Source: Elainellaceae cyanobacterium | GTDB taxonomy: Bacteria > Cyanobacteriota > Cyanobacteriia > CAZCXK01 | Direction: 5' to 3' | Assembly (NCBI GenBank): GCA_051117555.1 | Contig: JBNPEG010000212.1 | Coordinates: forward strand, 8,150 to 34,596 | DNA: 26,447 nucleotides | In this document: positions 18,069 through 25,608 of the stretch, one piece after another | How the letters are laid out: every line of letters begins with the position of its first letter | How positions within the stretch are numbered: the stretch's first letter is position 1 | Position numbers and translations under genes: made by a program | The notes under the pieces: model-generated | The model's database searches: none | The model's input: only the letters and a program-made list of their open reading frames with translations | What the model was told of the DNA's origin: nothing

Positions 18069-20363
18069 ATGCTCGAACTCTTTACTGCCGGACTTGCAGG
18101 ACTCGCCCTCGAAACCATTAAAACGACTGCCAAGGAAGAATCGGGCAGCACGCTGGCTAAGTGGCTAAATAAAGACATCGGTAAAGCGGCTGAACAAGCT
18201 CTGTTTAGTGCGTCTAAGAAATATATCGAGAATTATGAAAAGCGACACGGCAGTCTCAAAGTGACCTGCATTCGCATGGATGAACCGATAAAGCTGGACG
18301 AAATCTATACGGCAGTTCAGCTTTTAGACCGCTCAGAATTGGGCTATTTTGAGTCAATTGATGCGCTCGAAAATCTTTACCGAGAAAGCGGCAGGCGTCG
18401 ATTTGGATTTGACAGCGAGAGGAAACAGCAGGGAATTGAGGTTGCCAATCAAGAGCATTATTTGATGGTGTTAGGAGGGCCGGGAGTCGGCAAATCGACT
18501 TTCTTACGAAAAGTCGGACTAGAAGCTTTGAAAGGGAAAGATGGCACGTTCCAACATGCCTGCATCCCCGTATTTCTTGCGCTCCAACGATTTAATTCTA
18601 GTGATGTCACCGTCAATCAACTAATCGTCAATGAGTTTGCCACCTGCGGCTTTCCAGAACCAGAAGCGTTTACTCAAGCGCATTTGAAGCGAGGCAGGCT
18701 GCTGATTTTGTTCGACGGACTTGATGAGGTTCCGCCTGATTATCTGGATCACGCAATTACGCAAATTAAAAACTTTGTCGATCAGAATGACACGAATCGC
18801 TTTATTGCCTCCTGTCGTGTGGCTGCTTACAAAGGCGGATTTACTCGCTTCAAAGATGTAGCAATGGTCGCGTTTGAGGATGAACAGATTGAAGATTTCA
18901 TTCGTAAATGGTTTCGGTCTGCCAAAGATCGAGATGCAAGTACGGCTGACCAATGTTGGGAATTGCTGAATCGTCCAGAATATAAAGCTGCAAAGGAACT
19001 CGCGCAAACTCCATTACTGCTGACGCTACTTTGCGCGGTATATGACAAATCTCTCGATTTTCCGAAAAATCGTGCATCTCTCTACGGCGAAGCGCTCGAT
19101 GTGTTGCTAAAAGAATGGGCGGCTGAAAAACGCATTCAGCGCGACCCAATTTATCAGGAACTCAGCATTGAGCTAGAGCGGGAACTGCTAGCCGAAATTG
19201 CCTATGACAGCTTTGTTGAGGATCAGTTATTCTTCAGCAAGCGGGACGTGACAAGCCGAATTAAAGAATTTCTTGTGAGTAACCTCAATGCCCCTAAGCA
19301 TTTGGATAGTGAACAGGTGTTAGAGGCGATCGAAGTGCAGCAAGGTATCTTCGTTGAACGGGCACGAGATACGTATTCGTTTTCTCATTTGACATTTCAG
19401 GAATATCTAACGGCTCAATTCATTGTTGATAATCAGCGGATTGATGTTGATAATCAGCAGATTGACTGGCTGGTTGAGAATTATTTGACGGATGGGCGTT
19501 GGCGAGAGGTGTTTTTGCTGGTTGCAGGATTGATGCCGGGGCGCAAAGGTTCTGACGAATTGCTTTTAGCTATGGAGAAAGCCTCCAGAGATTATATTAA
19601 TGCTTTCAATCTACATGACTTAATTCAATGGGCAGACAAAGCTACTCAATGTTCAGAAGGCAAATACAGACCTGCGGCTAAACGGGCAGCGGCTATTGCC
19701 ATTGCTCTCAATTCTGACCAGGCTAGTGACCTTGCTTGCATTCTCGACCATAATCTTGAACCAAATGACATTTTAGGACACTTTGGCTATATTGATTATG
19801 CTCTCAGTCGAGCTACTGTCAGTGACTATAGTCTTGATATAGACTATGGTGCTGCTTACGGTTTTGTTAATGCTTTTAATGAAGCTATCGACGGCTACTT
19901 TGATCTTGCCCATAGCATTCAAAATATAAGTATTTTTTCCAAGTCCCATGAATTAACTAAGCTTTTTAGAGATTTAGAAGAACTTAGATCGATGCTTCCA
20001 AATATTAATCAATCTAATGAACATATTCGTCAAAATTTTTCTAATCAAATCGTCAAGTGTTGGTACGATTATCTTGACATTAATCCAAAGATACTGAATC
20101 AGTTTATGAATCGCGATTACCAGAATCCCAAATTTGGTGAGATTCTCATGCGAAGTCTCGATGCTGCAGGTAGTTTTAGTTTTAGTCCTTCGTTTGATCT
20201 AGAAATGGTTAGGCTATCTCCAGAAGAACTCGAAGTTGTGCATGGTGAATTAGGCGTTTATATGTATGTCATTAATTTGATGGTGAGATGCAAAGAAGCG
20301 GCGGTGCGAGTTTCGCCGCAGGTTTGGGAGGGCATTGAGGAATGCATGGTAACGGTTCCGTAG
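18069..20363 (+). CDS. NACHT-family STAND NTPase with a C-terminal helical domain
   Basis: Walker A GGPGVGKS, Walker B LILFDGLDE, SCR sensor, TPLLL, winged-helix FSHLTFQEY, WREVFLL, and C-terminal CKEAAVRVSPQVWEGIE. Confidence 0.93.
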   Translation: MLELFTAGLAGLALETIKTTAKEESGSTLAKWLNKDIGKAAEQALFSASKKYIENYEKRHGSLKVTCIRMDEPIKLDEIYTAVQLLDRSELGYFESIDALENLYRESGRRRFGFDSERKQQGIEVANQEHYLMVLGGPGVGKSTFLRKVGLEALKGKDGTFQHACIPVFLALQRFNSSDVTVNQLIVNEFATCGFPEPEAFTQAHLKRGRLLILFDGLDEVPPDYLDHAITQIKNFVDQNDTNRFIASCRVAAYKGGFTRFKDVAMVAFEDEQIEDFIRKWFRSAKDRDASTADQCWELLNRPEYKAAKELAQTPLLLTLLCAVYDKSLDFPKNRASLYGEALDVLLKEWAAEKRIQRDPIYQELSIELERELLAEIAYDSFVEDQLFFSKRDVTSRIKEFLVSNLNAPKHLDSEQVLEAIEVQQGIFVERARDTYSFSHLTFQEYLTAQFIVDNQRIDVDNQQIDWLVENYLTDGRWREVFLLVAGLMPGRKGSDELLLAMEKASRDYINAFNLHDLIQWADKATQCSEGKYRPAAKRAAAIAIALNSDQASDLACILDHNLEPNDILGHFGYIDYALSRATVSDYSLDIDYGAAYGFVNAFNEAIDGYFDLAHSIQNISIFSKSHELTKLFRDLEELRSMLPNINQSNEHIRQNFSNQIVKCWYDYLDINPKILNQFMNRDYQNPKFGEILMRSLDAAGSFSFSPSFDLEMVRLSPEELEVVHGELGVYMYVINLMVRCKEAAVRVSPQVWEGIEECMVTVP

Positions 20364-20664
20364 GGGCGTACGACTGTACGCCCAATGCAGACGGTGGATG
20401 GGCAATTTAGTGTTGCGCTGGGCGAATCGCGATTCGTTCCTACGGGGATGGCGATCGCCCTTATGGTGGATGGTTTTTGGATTGGGATGCTTAATGCAAA
20501 TGGGGGATTTGCGAATCTGGGTGTTGCGCTGGGCGAATGGCATTCGTTCCCACGGGGGTGGCGATCGCTCCTATGGTGGATGGTTTTTGGATTGGGATGC
20601 CTAATGCAAATGGGGGATTTGCGAATCTGGGTGTTGCGCTGGGCGAATCATGATTCGCCCCTAC
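20360..20664. repeat. REP-derived composite (BIME/REPIN-like) containing ~110-bp tandem units
   Basis: Forward GTAGGGGCGTACGACTGTACGCCC at 20360-20383 and inverted GGGCGAATCATGATTCGCCCCTAC at 20641-20664. Tandem units start at 20410 (111 bp), 20521 (110 bp) and 20631 (partial). Confidence 0.85.
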
Positions 20665-20678
20665 GTTCTGCGTAAACA

Positions 20679-20918
20679 TTATGCGATTCCCGGTTGGTGT
20701 TATGCGATTCCCGGTTGGTGTTATGCGATTCCCGGTTGGTGTTATGCGATTCCCGGTTGGTGTTATGCGATTCCCGGTTGGTGTTATGCGATTCCCGGTT
20801 GATGTTATGCGATTCCCGGTTGGTGTTATGCGATTCCCGGTTGATGTTATGCGATTCCCGGTTGATGTTATGCGATTCCCGGTTGATGTTATGCGATTCC
20901 CGGTTGGTGTTATGCGAT
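20679..20918. repeat. 21-bp tandem array TTATGCGATTCCCGGTTG(G/A)TG, 11 full copies plus a partial copy
   Basis: Contiguous units with no spacers. The single variable position reads G,G,G,G,G,A,G,A,A,A,G. Confidence 0.97.
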
Positions 20919-21066
20919 AACAGCACGCCATTTATCAGTAATGCGTTGCTGGAATTGAAAATGTCGCGTGTGGATCGAGGAGGGTCGCTCTATGACAAGA
21001 GATCTAGATATTACATTGGAATATTGCATGGGGCGATGCTGCTAAATCTCTAGAAATCTCTTTAAC

Positions 21067-22779
21067 CTAGTCTAGTTCAGTGCCTGGGGTTTCCAATCGT
21101 CGCAAATTGGGACGGGGTGGCGGCGTTTCTCCTAGCAACGCGAGAGCTTTCTGCAACGCTTCATAGCGACTCATCGATACGCCTTGGGGGGAAAGATAAG
21201 ACATCAATTCTAAGCGCCGTAGCCGTTCCTCAACGGCATCTTTTGCCCCAACGATGAAAACCTCCCGTCCTTTGTCATGAGCCTCTTTTACCATATTCTC
21301 GATGGCGAGTGACGCCGTGACGCCTAGCCGGGATACGTCCGTGAGGTCTAAAATCAGCACGTTGTATTTGCCGACAATTCCCAGTCGTTGGGAGATTGCC
21401 TTGGCTGCACCAAAACTCATCGGGCCTTCCAGATGAAACAGCAGCACTCGCCCCCGTGCTTGATCGAGTAGCCGTTGCTCCTTGGAGCTTAGAAAGGGGC
21501 TATCATCGCTGTGAACCGTCACTTTCATGTTTGACACTTGCACGTCGCTCAGGTGCTTGACCGTCAACAGATTGGCAACAAACATACCGACTGCTACTGC
21601 GGTAATCAAATCGACAAATACCGTCAGCAATAGCACGCCATACATTAGCCCGGTGGCTTTGAGGGAAATGCGGTGGGCTCGCCTGAGGAAACTCCAGTCG
21701 ATGATGTCGATGCCTACCTTGATTAAGATTCCTGCGAGCACTGCATGGGGGATGAGTTCTGTCAGGGGACCAGCGCCCAGCGCCACCAGCAGCAGGGCTG
21801 AGGCATGCACCATTCCTGAGATGGGAGTCCGTCCTCCCGATCTGACATTAATGACGGTGCGCATGGTGGCTCCAGCGCCGGGCAACCCACCAAAAAGCCC
21901 AGACACCAGGTTGCCAATCCCTTGACCGATCAGCTCTCGATCGGAATGGTGCTGAGTTTGCGTGATATTGTCTGCCACCAAGGAGGTCAGCAAGGAGTCG
22001 ATCGCCCCCAGCATCCCCAACATAATCCCGTAGCCCAGCATCATTTTGAGTTGCTCCCAGGTAAAGGTGGGCAGATTGAGCGCCGGGAATCCGGTGGGAA
22101 TGTCGCCGATGCGAGGAATCGCCGCTGTTGGCAGCAGCACCACCGATAACACCGTACCCACTATGAGTGCTAGTAGAGGAGCAGGCACGATGCGATTGAG
22201 CCGCCTTGGCAATCCAAATACGATCGCCAGCGTGACAAGCCCTATCCCCGTCGCAAATGGATTGGCAGTGCTCAGGTGGGTGGGCAACTGTCGCAACGAT
22301 TCAGTAACGTTTGCAGAGGCAGGATGTCCGAAAAATGGACCCAGCTCGATCAAAATAATGATCACCCCAACCCCTGACATGAAACCAGAGATTACGGTGT
22401 AGGGCATCAGAGTGATATATTGCCCGAGCCGCAGAGCCCCCAGCAAAATCTGGAAGAGCCCCCCAAGCATGACCACCGTAAACGCCATGGCGACTCCGTT
22501 TTCGGGGTTTGCGGCGACGATAGCAGAGAATACTGTGGCCATGACCACCGTCATCGGGCCAGTGGGTCCAGAAATTTGGGATGGGGTGCCGCCGAATAGG
22601 GCCGCTAGGAAGCCGACAAAGACTGATCCATAGAGCCCGGCGATCGCCCCTGCGCCCGACGAAACACCAAACGCTAGAGCCAGAGGCAGAGCCACCACAG
22701 CAGCCGTGATCCCGCCAAAAATATCACCTCGAAGATTATAAAAGTGCAGTCCATGGATTAAGTGGCCAGGAATTCTCAT
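21067..22779 (-). CDS. SulP/SLC26 anion transporter, BicA-like, with C-terminal STAS domain
   Basis: NLRGDIFGGITAAVVALPLALAFG, GGTPSQISGPTGPMTVV, GAIDSLLTS, ELIGQGIGN, PGAGATMRT; STAS motif GPMSFGAA...LILDL. Confidence 0.93.
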   Translation of the reverse strand: MRIPGHLIHGLHFYNLRGDIFGGITAAVVALPLALAFGVSSGAGAIAGLYGSVFVGFLAALFGGTPSQISGPTGPMTVVMATVFSAIVAANPENGVAMAFTVVMLGGLFQILLGALRLGQYITLMPYTVISGFMSGVGVIIILIELGPFFGHPASANVTESLRQLPTHLSTANPFATGIGLVTLAIVFGLPRRLNRIVPAPLLALIVGTVLSVVLLPTAAIPRIGDIPTGFPALNLPTFTWEQLKMMLGYGIMLGMLGAIDSLLTSLVADNITQTQHHSDRELIGQGIGNLVSGLFGGLPGAGATMRTVINVRSGGRTPISGMVHASALLLVALGAGPLTELIPHAVLAGILIKVGIDIIDWSFLRRAHRISLKATGLMYGVLLLTVFVDLITAVAVGMFVANLLTVKHLSDVQVSNMKVTVHSDDSPFLSSKEQRLLDQARGRVLLFHLEGPMSFGAAKAISQRLGIVGKYNVLILDLTDVSRLGVTASLAIENMVKEAHDKGREVFIVGAKDAVEERLRRLELMSYLSPQGVSMSRYEALQKALALLGETPPPRPNLRRLETPGTELD

Positions 22780-22815
22780 ATATATCTAGAGCCATAATCG
22801 CTCGACAATTGACAA

Positions 22816-23218
22816 GTAGACGGGACTACCAATGAGACTGTTGAAAGGAAACGTGAGGGCTAGAGCTTCACCTGCGGGCAGTAAGATTCCAAGAGAGCAC
22901 CTAGTCGGAATGGCTAGGCAGCAGGATAATGTTAGAACACTATAGGGTTCAGGGCGACTCCTGAATATTCTCAATGGCAAGTTATGAATTGTCACGAACG
23001 TTAATCGTTTAAACCGATTGCGACCTATGTATTTTCTGACTGAATACCCCATCTCGGTAGGGGCATAGCTTGATGTCGCCTTCAAGGGGGATATCCTTAC
23101 GTCGCATAACACCTGCCCCTGCATCTAGCGGAATAGACCTACGGAGGTTTATATGGTGAGCCCCGCGCCGTGGTGGCTCACGTTCAACGTCCTAACGCGA
23201 GAGCGTACGGCTCTACCA
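22816..23218 (+). ncRNA. Candidate large structured non-coding RNA, class unassigned
   Basis: Dense run of hairpins, long-range helices, a GAGA tetraloop and G:U pairs that favour the + strand. No credible ORF. Boundaries are approximate. Confidence 0.5.
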
Positions 23219-23225
23219 TCACCAA

Positions 23226-23407
23226 CTGATTGACTGACAAAAGATCAGAGGCGGGCGGTTAAAACCGCGCCTACACAACCAAAGTCGACCCTCGTCGACT
23301 GTTCTCAACCCGCGTAGGCGGATTTCGACTGTATAGCAGCAGTTACTCTGCGAGAAGCCGCTATGCGTCTACAACTGCCGCAAACCAAAATTTTGTCAGT
23401 CAATCAG
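23226..23407. mobile_element. MITE (182 bp) with perfect 17-bp terminal inverted repeats and internal REP-like palindromes
   Basis: CTGATTGACTGACAAAA (23226-23242) and TTTTGTCAGTCAATCAG (23391-23407). Internal GCGGTTAAAACCGC, AGTCGACCCTCGTCGACT and CCGCGTAGGCGG. No clear target-site duplication. Confidence 0.85.
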
Positions 23408-23446
23408 CATCACTCGTTGCGTAAGTCTTGCCGATAATATGAGCCA

Positions 23447-24367
23447 TCAGCGTGGATGCGTCTTAGCAAATGTCAGCAGATGATCGGCAACACGCTGGGG
23501 CTGATCGAGGTGGGGGACATGACCGGCGTCTCGAATCCAGATGAGTCGACTGTTTGCGATCGCCTGTGCAAACAGATTCGCATCGCTTGTCCCTAACACA
23601 TCATCCGATTCTCCCCAGAAAACTAGAGTCGGTTGCGTCACATGAGCGATGCAATTTTTCACGCGAGTGTATCCACCACTCTGAGTAAAGGAGGCGATCG
23701 CCGCTTTCCAGCCGGGTCGTTCTTGATGAACCAACGAACAGCGCAGCGCGTCAACTAAGTTTGGATCAACAAAGGGAAGATTTGATGTAATCGCTAGGGC
23801 AGCCCGCTTGCGGACATATAACCAATCTGCTCCCAATTCGATCAGGGGATGGGGGAGAACCTGCCCAACCGGAAACCCACCGGAGAAGCCCACGCTATCG
23901 ATCAACACGAGCGATCGCACCCAGTCAGGATGATGCACCGCGAAGTCAATCGCGACTGCCCCTCCTAACGACGCACCCACCAAAATGACAGGGTGTCCTA
24001 TCCAGGTTTCTAAGAAAGCCAACAAATGCTGTCGGATACTTCGAGGATTGATCGCCACCTGAGACGTATAGTCTGTAAATCCAAACCCAATCAAATCTAC
24101 TGCCCACGTCTCGCGCTGGGCTGTTAATAGAGGAAATAGCCGCCGAAACTCTAGCAGCGAACTATCAAATCCAGGAAGTAACAGTATGGGAGCAACATCC
24201 GATGAGCAAGCTGATTGCTCAGGAAAGTCGTAAACGCAGGCGGTCGCAATGTCGGCCATACCCAGATCAAACGGAACCCTCACACTCTGACGTTCGAGTC
24301 GTTGAAGGAGGGCGATCGCTTCTGAGTCCTGCATGGCAATGATGTGCGATCGGAGGTCTTGATCCAT
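23447..24367 (-). CDS. Alpha/beta-fold hydrolase
   Basis: LLLPGFDSSLLEFRRL, VDLIGFG, nucleophile GASLG, WGESDDVL and AGHVPH. Confidence 0.92.
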   Translation of the reverse strand: MDQDLRSHIIAMQDSEAIALLQRLERQSVRVPFDLGMADIATACVYDFPEQSACSSDVAPILLLPGFDSSLLEFRRLFPLLTAQRETWAVDLIGFGFTDYTSQVAINPRSIRQHLLAFLETWIGHPVILVGASLGGAVAIDFAVHHPDWVRSLVLIDSVGFSGGFPVGQVLPHPLIELGADWLYVRKRAALAITSNLPFVDPNLVDALRCSLVHQERPGWKAAIASFTQSGGYTRVKNCIAHVTQPTLVFWGESDDVLGTSDANLFAQAIANSRLIWIRDAGHVPHLDQPQRVADHLLTFAKTHPR

Positions 24368-24404
24368 GTATGCTCACGGCTAAATCGGGAGTTTGGGAGG
24401 GAGG

Positions 24405-24461
24405 AGTGCGGGCATCTTGCCCGCGTTGGCAATGCCTCTCCATCAGGAGAAGCGAGACGCT
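24405..24461 (-). repeat. REP doublet related to the hairpins in the elements at 1872 and 3898
   Basis: GCGGGCATCTTGCCCGC (24408-24424) is the reverse complement of 1927-1943. AGCGAGACGCT (24451-24461) is the reverse complement of 1910-1920. Confidence 0.75.
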
Positions 24462-24599
24462 AATGCGATGCATCACACAAGCGTTGGTGTAGCCTTGCTA
24501 TAGGCAAAACGCACTGGAGATTTTTACAAATCATCGGGGATGGCTATATAACCCATTTAAATTCAGAAATAATGCAAAAAAAATCAATGCAGAAAAATA

Positions 24600-25277
24600 A
24601 TGCAAATCTTGCTGGTAGAAGATGATACTCGATTATCGGAATCTTTGGCGGAGGCACTGATGGCGCAGCGATATGGAGTCGATTTAGTCAGGGATGGAGA
24701 ATCCGCTTGGGAGCGACTTAGCACAGTTACGTATGATCTCGTACTGTTGGATGTAACGCTGCCAACGTTAGATGGCATTCGGTTGTGCCAGCGTTTCCGA
24801 GATCATGGCTATTTGACTCCCGTACTCATGCTGACTGCTCGTGACACAAGTTTGGATAAAGTCATCGGGCTGGATTCTGGAGCCGATGCTTACATGGTAA
24901 AGCCGTTTAATCTCCAAGAACTGCTTGCTCAAATTCGAGCCTTACTCCGTCGGGGACAGGCTGGTTCGACAGCCGTCCTGACGTGGGGCGGATTACAGCT
25001 GAATCCTGATACCTATGACGTGACCTACGAGCGATCGCACATCCATCTGACTCCGAAAGAGTTTGCATTGATGGAAGCCCTACTGCGATACGGCAGGCGA
25101 GTGCTGAGTCGCGCTGCTATTATCGACCATCTTTGGACTCCCCAAGAGACTCCTGAAGCAGACACCATCAAGAGCTATATCAAGAACCTCCGAGCCAAAC
25201 TTAAAGCATCGGGGGCACCCAACAATTTGATTGAAACTGTTCATGGGGTGGGGTATCGCCTGAAATCTCTAGATTAG
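24600..25277 (+). CDS. OmpR/PhoB-family two-component response regulator
   Basis: MQILLVEDD, phospho-Asp in LLDVTLP, LMLTARD, GADAYMVKPF, LTPKEF and IETVHGVGYRL. Confidence 0.96.
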   Translation: MQILLVEDDTRLSESLAEALMAQRYGVDLVRDGESAWERLSTVTYDLVLLDVTLPTLDGIRLCQRFRDHGYLTPVLMLTARDTSLDKVIGLDSGADAYMVKPFNLQELLAQIRALLRRGQAGSTAVLTWGGLQLNPDTYDVTYERSHIHLTPKEFALMEALLRYGRRVLSRAAIIDHLWTPQETPEADTIKSYIKNLRAKLKASGAPNNLIETVHGVGYRLKSLD

Positions 25278-25608
25278 GAATTAAAGGGTTGCTGCAAACC
25301 CCGTAATTAATGTTAGGAAGAGCCAACATTCTCCACGAATTCTCCACCGATTCATCCTCAAAATCTATACCTTTCATCTGTAACTTAGATTCCAACGTTC
25401 CAGAAGAATCCGGTGCTTCTGTGCATATGAAATGCTGTACGAGCAAGCAGAAGAAATTGTAGCGATTGATGCAATTTTATCGTGGATTCGGTTTTTTTGG
25501 AATGGAAAGTTGAGCATTTGCTAAGTACCGAATTCCATCGTTTGCCTGACGGTTGACCTCGATGGCAATGACTCAATTTCAGTTAGTTGAGATGAGAGAT
25601 AATCCCCA

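Noticed and set aside
19600..20664. Diversity-generating retroelement acting on the NACHT C-terminus
   Set aside because: There is no reverse transcriptase and no template/variable repeat pair differing at adenines.
20679..20918. CRISPR array
   Set aside because: The units are contiguous with no unique spacers, and there are no cas genes.
20250..21053. Several overlapping ORFs on both strands
   Set aside because: They arise from the REP and 21-bp repeats, with no independent evidence of coding.
22786..23124. 112-aa minus-strand ORF upstream of the SulP gene
   Set aside because: Not protein-like; the region is better explained by RNA structure.
23150..23218. tRNA or tmRNA suggested by the ...CTACCA end
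   Set aside because: There is no T-arm (GTTCRA) at the right distance, no matching 5' acceptor strand and no tag reading frame.
25380..25472. NtcA-like sites upstream of the permease (GTA-N8-TCC at 25380, GTA-N8-TGC at 25459)
   Set aside because: Each has a mismatch in the short consensus and I found no convincing -10 box, so they are consistent with chance.
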